A stretch of 64,000 nt of DNA from Octopus sinensis (GCF_006345805.1 NC_043026.1:992001-1056000); one strand, 5' to 3'. Numbered from the stretch's first letter, positions 25,986 to 38,909 are shown. Notes: a model not told the origin generated them from the letters alone. Numbers and translations are program-made.

Positions 25986-26844
25986 AGGGTTGTCGAGAAA
26001 CTCCAGCCTGTTTGATTCTCACAGTTGAACAGAAAAAATATTTGAGTTTACTTGAAATTTTGGCTGGACTTGAAAGAGTCCAACACTGTACGATATTGAA
26101 TATTGGTGTAGTTTCTGTGATTGTATAAAAAAAAAATAATAATAATAATAATAATAATAATGATGTCGAACAAGTCACTCTAGTGATGATACATAACTTA
26201 GCGCTTGGAGTGTAGCACTCGGGATCATAAGATCACAGGTTCAGGTTCCAGACTGGGTGGTGCATTGTGTTCTCAAGGGAAAAACACTTCAATCAATGTT
26301 GGCTCCAGTCCACTCAGTTGTAAATAATTTCCAACAACAACTGGGAAGGTAACATTGTGAAGGGTCAGCGACCCATCCAGGGGCCAATGTTTTAATCTCA
26401 GTCATTTATATATCATGAAAACTATTTTATGAGTTCTCAGCCTTATAAAAACAATAAAAAAAAAATAAAGCTATATATAGCTTCGCCGAAATCATGGTTC
26501 GCTTTGTTCTCTTACTTTATTATTATCATCTTATAATCTCTCATAATAACTACTTTTATGACTCTTATTACTACCTCAATCCATCTAAATGTATATATTT
26601 GTCGTTACCTGTCATAAAAAGCCTTTTTTTATTTACAATGTGCATTTTCGTTGATTTTTCATATTTTACCCTTACATTTCCACGTGTATTTTATATTTTA
26701 TTTTGTATTTTATATTTTCTTTTTAGAACATATTTCTACTATATATATATATATATATACATACACACACACACATATATATGTGTGTGTGTATATGTAT
26801 ATGTATATATGTATGTATATATTTACGTGTGTGCGTGTCTCTGC

Positions 26845-27052
26845 ATCTGTGTTTGTCCCACTGCCCACCCACCCCGCCTCATCACTTGACAACTGGTATT
26901 GGTGTGTTTACGGCCCCTATAACTTAGCAGTTCGGCAAAAAAGACCAATAGAATAAGTACTAGGCTTACAAAGAATAAGTCCTGGGGTTACCTTCAAGGT
27001 GGCGCTCCAGCATGGACACAGTCAAATAACAGAAACGAGTAAAAGAATAAAA
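26845..27052 (+). mobile_element. SINE family A 3' half
   Basis: cttgacaactgg...ttcggcaaaaaagaccaatagaataagtac...ctccagcatgg...aaaagaataaaag. Confidence 0.75.
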
Positions 27053-27312
27053 GTATATATATATATATATACATATATACATATATATACATATATATAC
27101 ATATATATACATATATATACATATTATACATATATACATATATATATATACATACATATACATATATATATATACATATATATACATATATATACTATAT
27201 ACATATATACATATATATACATATATATACATATATATATACATATATATACATATATATACATTATATACATATATATACTATATACATATATACATAT
27301 ACATATATATAT

Positions 27313-27359
<47 letters not shown>

Positions 27360-27513
27360 CATATATATACATACATCACCATGATCACCGTGACCAACCT
27401 GGCTATCAGATGTTACTACACATCGCTGGTCACAATGCGCTTCGCATTGTTTTAGCCTTCAAATGACGCCACCCCGCTGGCTAAGCGAGCAGGCCACATA
27501 CATACATACATAC

Positions 27514-27556
<43 letters not shown>

Positions 27557-28013
27557 TACATATATACATATATATACATATATACATACATATATATATA
27601 TATATAATTTTGTATATGTATTTTTGTGAGAAACAATAGATCCATGCTCAGAGAAATGATGTAAAGTACATTTGTGTTTATTTTAATGCATTTATATTGA
27701 TCCGCTGGCCATGGATCATTCCACTTTAGCAGATTTTATAATATTTTTTACTCAGAAATTTGAATTTCTTTCTACATCATTGATGCTTTTAATAAACCTT
27801 TACGCGAATAAAATATTAGCAATATGTGAGATTTATGTTTAATACATGAAATGTACATCATATACGTACATAAAAAGAAAAAGAAAAACTGATATGTATT
27901 TCATTCAGAAACTCATTAATGTTAACCGTATAATGAAAAAACTTCAGTGAATGTATCATCATCATCATCATCGTCATTATCATTATCATTTAATATCCGC
28001 TTATGCTAGCATG

Positions 28014-28759
28014 GGTTGGACGGTTCGACCGAGGATCTGGGAAGCCAGAAGGCTGCACCAGGCTCCAGTCTGATCTGGCAGTGGTTGGACGGTTCGACCG
28101 GGGATCTGGGAAGCCAGAAGGCTGCACCAGGCTCCAGTCTGATCTGGCAGTGGTTGGACGGTTCAACTGGGGATCTGGGAAGCCAGAAGGCTGCACCAAG
28201 CTCCAGTCTGATCTGGCAGTGGTTGGACGGTTCGACCGGGGATCTGGGAAGCCAGAAGGCTGCACCAGGCTCCAGTCTGATCTGGCAGTGGTTGGACGGT
28301 TCGACCGGGGATCTGGGAAGCCAGAAGGCTGCACCAGGCTCCAGTCGGATCTGGCAGTGGTTGGACGGTTCGACCGGGGATCTGGGAAGCCAGAAGGCTG
28401 CACCAGGCTGCAGTCTGATCTGGCAGTGGTTGGACGGTTCGACCGGGGATCTGGGAAGCCAGAAGGCTGCACCAAGCTCCAGTCGGATCTGGCAGTGGTT
28501 GGACGGTTCGACTGGGGATCTGGGAAGCCAGAAGGCTGCACCAGGCTCCAGTCTGATCTGGCAGTGGTTGGACGGTTCGACCGGGGATCTGGGAAGCCAG
28601 AAGGCTGCACCAGGCTCCAGTCTGATCTGGCAGTGGTTGGACGGTTCGACCGGGGATCTGGGAAGCCAGAAGGCTGCACCAGGCTCCAGTCTGATCTGGC
28701 AGTGGTTGGACAGTTCGACCAGGGATCTGGGAAGCCAGAAGGCTGCACCAGGCTCCAGT
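28014..28759 (-). repeat. Tandem array of a 69-bp RTE 3'-terminal segment, 10 full copies plus 1 partial
   Basis: Units start at 28014, 28083, ... 28704. The unit is homologous to 34502-34570 and 25758-25823, and is preceded by the normal (CAT)n tail at ~27955-27990. Confidence 0.95.
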
Positions 28760-29105
28760 TGTTTATCGACCCTAAAAGGATAAAAAACAAAGTTGACCTT
28801 GGCAGAATTTAAACTCAGAACATAAAGACAGACAAAATACTGCTAAGTATTTCGCCCAGCATGCTAACATTTCAGCCAGCTAACCACCTCATATTCTTTT
28901 CTACCCTAGGCACAAGACCCGAAATTTTGGGGGAGGGGACCAGTCGATTAGATTGACCCAGTATGCAACTGGTACTTAATTTATCAACCCTAAAAGGGTG
29001 AAAAGCAAAATTGACCTCGGCAGAATTTGAACTCAGAGCGTAAAGACACAAAATACCGCTAAGCATTTTGCACGGCATACTAACTTTTCTACTAGCTCGC
29101 CACCT
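28760..29105 (-). mobile_element. SINE family B, two overlapping pieces
   Basis: atcgaccctaaaagg...gaccttggcagaatttaaactcag occurs twice. Confidence 0.7.
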
Positions 29106-29679
29106 TACAAGTAAAGTATATTGCTGAAGGTCTCAGTCACCTGTCACCACCTCCATGAGGCCCAATGTTTGAATGGTGCTTTTTACATGCCACTGGCACG
29201 GGTGCCAGTCACATATTGCATCATATTGCCCCACATTTGAAGGGTGCAACTGATACTTAATTTATCGACCCTGAAAGGATGAAAAGTAAAGTCGACCTTG
29301 GTGGAATTTGAATATTAAAGCAAAGAACTTAACATTTCTATCATTGCCCTTTTATCTTTATTTTTATAATCCCAAGGGAATTAAAATATTATTTTCATAG
29401 TTTCTGTACATGTTTAAAGTGAAAATAAGTAAATAAAAATTTTCTGTAAGATAAAAAGGGTTTATTTTTCATATTTTTGCTCGTTTGGCCCATGCTTTCA
29501 TGCAAGCCTTTCCTGCTATTTAACCCTTTTGATATGAACCCAGCTGAAACTGGCTCTGGTTCTGTAGTACAAATGTCTTGTTTTCATAAGTTTTGAATTA
29601 AAATCTTTGAATTAAAATCATATTGCATCATATTGCCCCACATTTGAAGGGTGCTTTTTATGTGCCAGTTACACAACAC

Positions 29680-30126
29680 TGGATGGACAGAAAGACAGAG
29701 AGAAAAACAGACAGACAGACAGACAGATAGCTAGATGGATGCATGGATGGATGCATGGATGGATGGATGGATGGATGGATGGATGGATGGATGGATGGAT
29801 AGATGGACTGACAGAAAAACAGACAGCCAGACAGACAGATAGATATCTAGATGTATGGATGGATGGATGGACAGAAAAACAGAGAGAAAAACAGACAGGC
29901 AGATAGATGGATGCATGGATGGATGGATGGATGGCTGGCTGGATAGATGGATAGATGGACTGACAGAGAAACAGACAGCCAAACAGACAGACAGATAGCT
30001 AGATGTATGGATGGACAGAAAAACAGGCAGAAAGACAGACAGACAGGCAGACAGACAAACGGACGGATGGATGGATGGACAGACAGACAGACAGATAGAT
30101 GGATAGATAGATAGATAGATGAAGAG

Positions 30127-30164
<38 letters not shown>

Positions 30165-30475
30165 ACTGACAGACAGATAGACACTGAAAGATACATAGAT
30201 AGATAGATAGATAAATTGACAGATGAACAGATAGATAGATAGATAGATAGATAGACAGGCAGGCAGGCAGACAGACAGTCAGATAGACTGATGGGGAGAG
30301 AGAGATATATAATGAGAGAGAGAGAGAGGTGGGGAGAGAGTGAGAAAGAGAGAAACTGAATGCAACAGAAACTTAAAGAGAAAGAGAGGCAGAGAGAGAT
30401 AGATTGAAAGAAAGATGAGAGAGAAACTAAGAAAGGGGATTGAGAGAGAGAGAGAATGAGAGAGAGAGAGAGAAT

Positions 30476-30506
<31 letters not shown>

Positions 30507-30861
30507 ATAATGGTGACATGAAAAGAGACAGAGGATATTAGAAAGAGTAGAGAGCGAGAGAGAGAGAGAGGAGGGGAAGGGTTAGAAGGACATTGAATGT
30601 GATAGAGAGATAAAGAAAATAGTTGTCTGAAAGGGATAGAGATAGAGAGAGAGGGGGGAGAGTGAGAGAGCGGGAGGAGCAGGAGGAGTAGGAGCAGGTG
30701 ATCGATTTAATGGCACTGTATGTTGAAATGGCCTAGTTGAACAACAACAGTGGCAGCGAAACCATTAATCAATATCATACAAGTCTGAATGCAGATGGAG
30801 AGAGATAGATGGATAGAAGATGGATAGAGAGAAGGATGGATGGATAGATGGAGGGATGGAT

Positions 30862-30892
<31 letters not shown>

Positions 30893-31145
30893 TATAGATA
30901 GATGGATGGATGGATAGATAGACAGTCAGACAGACAAACATATAGATAGATGGATAGATAGATAGATAGAGTGATAGATAGATAGACAGACAGACAGACA
31001 TATAGATAGATAGATGGATGGATGGATGGATGGATGGATAGATAGATAGATAGACAGATAGATAGACAGACAGACAGACAAACATATAGATGGATGGATG
31101 GATGGATGGATGGATGGATGGATAGATAGATGGATGGATAGATAA
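29680..31145. repeat. (GATA)n/(GGAT)n/(GACA)n/(GA)n microsatellite field
   Basis: Direct reading of the sequence. Confidence 0.9.
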
Positions 31146-32267
31146 CTTTCTTTATTAGCCACACAGGGCTGGACACAGAGGGGACAATTACAAATATAGA
31201 GCTTTTCTATTCGGAGGTGGAAAAGGAAAAAGAAGAAAAAAAGGAAACAAATGTAAAATTTCGATCAAAAGGGATCAGTAGAAAAAAAAAAGCCATCAAA
31301 AAGGATCGTCTATCACAGTAAAAAAAAAAATTTTTTTTTTTTTTCAAGTAACAAACAAGATTAAGTTCATCCGTGGAAAGAAAAGCCTACAGAAAAGACC
31401 ACGGTAACCTCAGGCAGGGGAAAAAAAAAAACACATGTGAGCAAAGTGCTCTCTCTCTCTCTCTTTTACGATTTATCATGCTCAAAGTGGTTTCGTCACT
31501 CACACGCACCATCTTTTCTACATTCATCCACCATTTTTTGAAACTTTTACGAGACAAAACCTGCCTCTCCATTCTCACCTTCCTTTTCAAGTTTAACTTG
31601 AAGAAATTGATGAGCGATTGGCCAGAGAGGTAAGTGTTTGTCTCTAATTCTTTTGCTCGAGTCCACCACACACATTCTTTCACCATAGCCACCAGTACGA
31701 TGAAAACTGCCTTGACTTCCCGGTTGAGGGAAGAGGGCGGGGCAACTTTCATGATAGACTCGGCCGACAGGCGGACTCGTCCCACATGTGACAGCAGCCG
31801 TTTGGCATAAGCCCACAGGTCCGATGGATGGACACTGCACGAGTGCGTGCAGAACGGTTTCGTCGCTCTGACCGCATCTCGGGCAAGTCGGTCCAGTGTG
31901 TCTCGAACCGTGTCTGTAGAGCTTATCCCGAACAGGTAATGCTTCTCGATAGCACTGTCAGGCCAGAGATCTTTGGTGATTGTCCATAGGTCCCGGTCCG
32001 AAAGTTGTCCTGAACAGGCGGGTCAGGTGTCTCTTGTCGACGCCCAGGTTCTGCCCGAGAACGTCGTTGCACCTCCCCTCCACTAATCGTCTATAGAACG
32101 CCTTTGTTGTAATGAATTCGCACAAATTTGGTTCCGGACAGCAGAGTTGCTTGAGAGCAACGCTACACTCGCAGTGCCATTCGCCTAGATTCGGTCTCTG
32201 TTTGATCCACGATTGTAGTTCGGCCAAGGAGACGAGCTGCGGGAAAGGACATCGCACAAAAGGCGAC
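31146..32267 (-). mobile_element. 5'-truncated Tx1/L1-clade LINE (ORF2 C-terminus plus 3' UTR)
   Basis: TTKAFYRRL...QRSLA*QCYREALPVRDKLYRHG...CPRCGQSDETVLHALVQC (CCHC knuckle)...VKECVWWTR...FFKLNLKRKVRMER; the 3' end AATAAAGAAA abuts the tetranucleotide microsatellite. Confidence 0.85.
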
Positions 32268-32352
32268 CACACCTATTCACCATCGTCTATGAAGTGCCGG
32301 AGATGTTGCAGTCTCAGCGCATGTCTGCACATCATCAGCCACGGCATGCCTT

Positions 32353-32386
<34 letters not shown>

Positions 32387-32759
32387 AAAGAATACAAACT
32401 GGGACAAGAATGCAAAACATTTAGAAGACGATACAAAAAACACGGACGGGACATTCAAAGCCTTCAATCTTCAGTCAAGAACCGGATCATCCTCGCAATT
32501 TCAGCTGATTAATCTTGAGATTGCTCCGATACATATATACATATTTACATATATATGTACATTATTTACATTATCTACATTTGACAGATATTTGTCTTCT
32601 TGTTTCTTGTTAATACAACATTTCGGCATATGGCATAGTGGTTAAGAGTGTGGGCTACTACAGGGTGGTGCCCCAGCATGGCTGCTGCCAAATGACTGAC
32701 ACAAATAAAAGAATATTTCCATCCATTCATTTCTCCACTGACTATTTGTTGTGGGGATT

Positions 32760-32960
32760 GAACCCTCAATCACCTCCTCCATACAGTTCTGTCAGAAGCA
32801 ACTTTTGTTAGACTTTCTGGCTGGATTCCTATGCATGACCAACTTAGTCTATAGATATTATCCAAACTTCTCATTCCTGGTCATCCCCTAAGCCACTTGG
32901 CAGTATTAGGCATCACATAACATCACACTATAGATTTATTGGATAACGCGATTACCATTA
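32760..32960 (-). pseudogene. Ancient RTE 3' fragment (family of 61340-61780)
   Basis: ..PGMRSLDNI..LSWS..GIQP..LTKVASDRTVWRR across frameshifts. Confidence 0.5.
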
Positions 32961-32983
32961 GAGCTGAAACCTGTGTGGTTTAA

Positions 32984-33458
32984 TCCTTTCGTTACCATAT
33001 TTCTGTTGAGATGCTCTGTGTTTCTTTCAATTAATTTTAAATATAACAAAGAATTTAGTAAAATAACTTGGTTATCATTAAGCTAGTGTTAGGAACATAA
33101 ATTGTGACTAAGGTTTGGTGGAAGATTTTAATTCAAAACTTATGAAAACAAGACATTTGTACTACAGAGCCAGAGGTGGTTTCAACAAAGTTGCTATCAA
33201 AAGGGTTAAGAATTGTTTCTCTATTATATATTTTATCCCTCTTGTTACCATATTTCTGTTGAGATGTTTTGTGTTTCTTTCAATTTATTTTAAATATAAC
33301 AAAGAATTTAGTAAAATAACTTAGTTATTATTAAGCTAGTGTTAGAAACATAAATTGTGACTAAAATTTGGTGGAAGATTTTAATTCAAAACTTATGAAA
33401 ACAAGACATTTGTACTACAGAGCCAGAGGCGGTTTCAGCTGGGTTGGTATCGAAAGGG
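32984..33458. mobile_element. Two adjacent same-orientation piggyBac-type MITEs (32984-33205 and 33237-33458)
   Basis: First copy has TTAA on both sides; termini (C/T)CCTTT...AAAGGG; the copies are offset by 253 bp. Confidence 0.8.
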
Positions 33459-33842
33459 TAAAGAAAAAAATGTTCTGGTGTCAATTTGTTTGACTAAAAT
33501 CCTTCAGGGTGGTGCTCCAGTATGGCCACTGTCAACTGACTGAAATGAGTAAAAGAAAGATACTCGTACTATTTACTTTTTTCCTTCTACTTGCTTCAAT
33601 CATTAGAGCGGGAGGGAGAGAGAGGAGGGAGGGAGAAGGGGGGGGGAGAGGAAGAGAGAGAGAGAGAGAAAGTTGATAGATAGACACACCGCAGATAGAC
33701 AGATAGATAGACTATAGACATGCAGAAAGACAGACAGACGGACAGACAGACAGACAGATATTCTACAGACAGACAAATGTACATTTACTAACCCACCTAC
33801 ACTAAAAAATATTGTGTGTGTATGTGTGGGTGTTTACATGCA

Positions 33843-33877
<35 letters not shown>

Positions 33878-34091
33878 GGAAGTGTAACCAATAAATAAAA
33901 AAGTGATTTTTTATCAATTCATCTAACATAAATACTAATTATACTCATTTGTTAATTCATCAATAAAATTCTTTTCTTTGTGTCTTATTTTGTTTTTCTA
34001 ATATGTCAGATTTCAGCCTGTGGGTAAACACTTTATTTATATCTCATATATATATATACATATATATACATATATATACACACACACACAC

Positions 34092-34176
<85 letters not shown>

Positions 34177-34277
34177 TAAAGTTAATCCAAACAAGAAAGC
34201 ACAAAAAACACAACAGCGCGAGGACGTGGAACAAATATAGTATTATTGGACGCTCAGGAGAGAAGGAAAGAAGGAGG

Positions 34278-34312
34278 GTTTAACGTTTCGAGCAGGGCTC
34301 TTCGTCGGAAAC
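34278..34312 (-). ncRNA. Minimal type-I hammerhead-like motif in repeat family F (34182-34340)
   Basis: gttt-CCGACGA-A-GAGC-cct-GCTC-GAAAC-GTT-aaac; stems I and II perfect, U4 replaced by C. Confidence 0.6.
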
Positions 34313-34364
34313 ATAGGCGAAGGAAAGATCCAGAGATCCAACGGTACACACACGGTCATATATG

Positions 34365-34396
<32 letters not shown>

Positions 34397-34479
34397 TGTA
34401 TGTATGTATGTATGTATGCATGTCAGGGGCCATTTAGCTTAATGGTTAGAACACTCAGCCAGTATCTAGGGGGTTTACA

Positions 34480-34870
34480 TCCGTTTTCCATGCTAGCATG
34501 GGTTGGACGATTTAGACTGAGGTCTGGTGAACCAGATGGCTGCACCAGGCTCCAGTCTGATCTGGCAGAGTTTCTACAGCTGGATGCCCTTCCTAATGCC
34601 AACCACTCCGAGAGTGTAGTGGGTGCTTTTACGTGCCACCGATAAGAGGGCCAGTCAGGTGGTACTGGCAACGGCCATGCACAAATGGTGTTTTTTACGT
34701 GCCACCTGTACAGGAATGTTTTATTTCACGTGCCAGTAAGGTGATGCTGGTAATGATCCCACTCGAATGGTGCTTTTTACATGCCACTGGCACGGAAGCC
34801 AGTTAGCTGCTCTTGAAACGATCACACTCAGATGGTGTTCTTAGGGCTCCCCTAGCATGGATGCCAGTCA
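34480..34870 (-). mobile_element. RTE 3' UTR fragment
   Basis: Terminal block plus repeated 'ggtgcttttacgtgccac' units, as in 21000-21490. Confidence 0.8.
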
Positions 34871-35159
34871 TCGAATTTGATGACAGGTCAGCAAATGAAA
34901 GACAGAAGATGGTTCCAGTTAGAGGGTTCAAGAGGATCTTCCAAGTGCACAATTATCTTTTTTGTTATAGCTTTAATAACTGGATACACATCTTAACTTA
35001 ACCATTTTGAAGAATTTATCAGGCATATTTTCCATTACACCAGCAACTTGAAACGTTAACCCCCACCTCACCATTTAAACCGCCTGGATCCAACTCAAAT
35101 ATTTTACCTGTTCAAACCATCCCATCACACACCTTCCTTTACAATTTCATTCTAAAGAG

Positions 35160-35536
35160 TATTCTTTTACTCCTTTACTTATTTTAGTCATGCTGGAGCA
35201 CCATCTTTAGTCAAGCAAATCAACCCCAGGACTTATTCTTTGTAAGCCTAGTACTTATTCTATCGGTCTATTTTGCTAAACCGCTAAGTTACAGGGGACG
35301 TAAACACACCAGCATCGGTTGTCGAGCAATGCTAGGGGGACAAACACAGACACACAAACACACACACACACACATATATACAATGGGCTTCTTTCAGTTT
35401 CTGTCTACGAAATCCACTCGCGAGGCTTTGGTTGGCCCGAGGCTATAGCAGAAGACACTTGCCCAAGGTGTCACACACTGGGACTGAACCCGGAACCATG
35501 TGGTTCGTAAGCAAGCTACTTACCACACAGCCACTC
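35160..35536 (-). mobile_element. SINE family A; further partial copies at 35720-35880 (+) and 35960-36125 (-)
   Basis: Homology to the copies at 18138 and 53131. Confidence 0.8.
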
Positions 35537-36883
35537 ACAGTTACTTCATAAAAAATCTCAAAGCATGATTAATTCAAAACAAAGTGAATGAATAAGAATT
35601 ATTTTTGACATGGTAAGCTAAAAGCTAAAGGGTTAAGGGATTTAAGAGGTGCCCCTATAATTGATAGAGAAGAGGAAATTGAGATGATAAGTGAGGATAC
35701 AGTATGACAAGAGCAAGTGCAGGGCGTGGCTGTGTGGCTAAGAAGCCCATTTTGCAAGCACTTGGTTCCAGATTCAGTCCCACAGCATGGCACTCTGGGC
35801 AAGTGTCTACTACTATAGCGCTAGGCCAACTAATGCCTTGTGAGTGAATTTGGTAGAGGGAAATTGTGTAAAAGTCTGTCATAAGTATAAGCCTGGTAAC
35901 AGACCAACACCACTTGTCAAGCACTGGGGAGTAGGGACACACGCACACGCACACACACACACATGCACAACGGGCTTTTGTCAATTTTCGTCTATCAAAT
36001 CCACTCACAAGGGTTTGTTCAGGCCTGTGGCTATAGAAGAAGATATTTGCCCCAAGGTGCCACACAATGGGATTGAACCTGGAACCATGTGACCAGAAAG
36101 CAAACTTCTTACCACACAGCCATGATATGTATGCGTTTGCATTTGTGTTTGTCCCACCTCCACCAACTAGCAATTGATATTGGTTTGTTTACATCCCAAT
36201 GACTTGGCAAAAGAGACAGATAGAATAGTACCAGACTTTCAAAAGTAAAAAAAAAAAAAAAACCACTAAGTATTTGTAAGTGCCCCATGGCTGCAATCCA
36301 ATGAGTGAAACCGGTAAAGAAGAAAAGATTATAGCAGTGAGAAGGTGATGGTGGAGAAAGTTACGGAGTTTATTGGAGGGGGGGGTGATGTATTGTTATG
36401 AGAAGGTGCTAATGGAGAGAGTACAAGAGTACATGCTATTGTGGAAGGGAGTACGGAATGGAAAAGGGATGAGGAGGGATTAGTGTCAAAGGGTTTAGTG
36501 TGTAGGTGGCATATGTAGTTAGAGGTTGGCTGGAGGTGCAGGGGCGGAGGAACCAGGGTTATGTCCGTATTATGAGGGCAAGTGCGGGTGCAAGGGGAAA
36601 AGGGGTGGGGAACATGAAAGATGGGGAGCAAGGTGGGTAGATTCATTGAAAGAAAGAAAGGGGTCGCGGCACAAGAGGGGTGCTGAGAGAGAGAGAGAGA
36701 GAGGAAGAGATAGACAGATAGGTAGGTATGCGCACGTGAATGTATTCTATGTATGGGCGTGTGCGTGCATGCGTGAACAACGATAAAGCTACATTTTATA
36801 CATACATACATACATACATACATACACACACACATACATACATACATACATACACACACACACAAACATACATACATACATAC

Positions 36884-36924
<41 letters not shown>

Positions 36925-37138
36925 CATACATACATACATACATACATACATACAAACATACATACATACATACATACATACATACATACATACATGCATA
37001 CATACGCATACACACACATATAATGAGAGAGAGAGAGAGAGAATGAAGGGGACAGATGAATAGATAAGTATGTGCGCGTGAACGTGTAACAATCTAAAAT
37101 TTAGAGACATACAATCGCACGCGAGCACGCAATTGTAT

Positions 37139-37195
<57 letters not shown>

Positions 37196-37201
37196 CATAA
37201 A

Positions 37202-37234
<33 letters not shown>

Positions 37235-37401
37235 GGACGGACGGACGGATAGAATCAGTTTAAATCTATAGATACGAATATATCTATATCTATAAATAAA
37301 CATATATATATATATATATGTATATATACACACACACACACACACAAACACACAAACACATATGTATATATGTATGTATGTATATAATCACCACAATATG
37401 A

Positions 37402-37493
37402 ATGACGTAATCGACCATCACAGCTGAAATACCTGACATCAACACCATTACACATGACGTAATGTGCTGTCAACATTAAAATAATGACGTAAT
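37402..37493. promoter_or_regulatory. Three exact ATGACGTAAT (CRE-like bZIP) motifs
   Basis: At 37402-37411, 37454-37463 and 37484-37493; the sequence between them is unrelated. Confidence 0.45.
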
Positions 37494-38078
37494 GAAGCTA
37501 GAGCGTTCCCGTTTAACTCTTAATAAATATGTACGCTGCATTACTATATAGTCGCCAATAACGCATTTTCAGCCTTATATATATATGAATATATGGATAT
37601 ATATATATATATAGATATAGAGATATAGATATATATATAGATATATATAAGTAAATAGATAGATACACACATGTATATAGAGATATGTTTGTGTGTGTCG
37701 ATATATGTATGTCTATATATATATCTATATGTATGTTTGTATCCATATATATATATATATATATATATACATACATATATATATATGTATGTATATTCAT
37801 ATATATATATATATATGTATATATATATGTGTATATATGTGTGTATATATATATATATATTTGTATATTCATATATATGTATATATACATATATACGTCT
37901 ATATGTATATTATATATGTGTATGTATTTATATACATATATATATAATATATACACACAATAAACACATAAGAGATGGCCATAATAGGCCATCTGACTCA
38001 CTAGAAAGAGCAGTTAAACTCCAAACCACTAATAGCTGTAATTCCGAAATGGAAAGAGGAATAAAAACGTTTACTATA

Positions 38079-38114
<36 letters not shown>

Positions 38115-38502
38115 TGTATGTATGTATGTATGTATGTATGTGTGTGTGTGTGTGTATACGTACATATACGTATATATGTGTGTGTATGTTTGTATATGGT
38201 GATGTATTCACCATAGACCATTGAACACTGGCTGCACACGCACATGTGACAGTTATTTCTCCTCTCTCTCTCTCTCCCGACACAAAGACAAACAAGGAGT
38301 CTGTGAAGACGATAGAAAACAACATTCATACATATTTGACACAACACAACAAACATCATTAGAGATTTGTGTATCAATTCTATCCCCATCCCCCATTGCC
38401 CCACCACCACCACCACCACCTCCCCACCCATTTTCTCCCCCCCCCTTTCTCTCTTGTCTACTCTATTTTTATCCCTTTTCCATTCTCTCTCTCTCTCTCT
38501 CT

Positions 38503-38539
<37 letters not shown>

Positions 38540-38542
<3 letters not shown>

Positions 38543-38645
38543 CTTCTAATATATATACCTGTACATCATCTCCAAACCTTCCAATATATATATATATTGG
38601 AAGGTTTGGAGATGAGTACAGGTATTATATATATATTAGAAGAAA
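38540..38645. repeat. Fold-back palindrome centred on a (TA)n tract
   Basis: 38566-38590 is the exact reverse complement of 38591-38615; pairing continues outward past a 1-nt bulge and a short insertion. Confidence 0.9.
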
Positions 38646-38763
38646 TTCGGTACTCAGAAATTCGGGTGGTTTTTTATATTACAGATATTTATTTGTATAT
38701 TACATGTTTTTTTTATACATCATATAACTGAAATCATGTTATGGTGATATATATATATGTATG

Positions 38764-38813
<50 letters not shown>

Positions 38814-38909
38814 TATATATACACATATATATATATAGATAGATATATATATATTATATATATGTATATATATATATATATTATATATATACACAGATAT
38901 ATATAATAT

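Noticed and set aside
27990-28812. 255-269 aa repeat proteins
   Set aside because: They are open only because a 69-bp stop-free unit from an RTE 3' UTR is reiterated; there is no evidence of expression.
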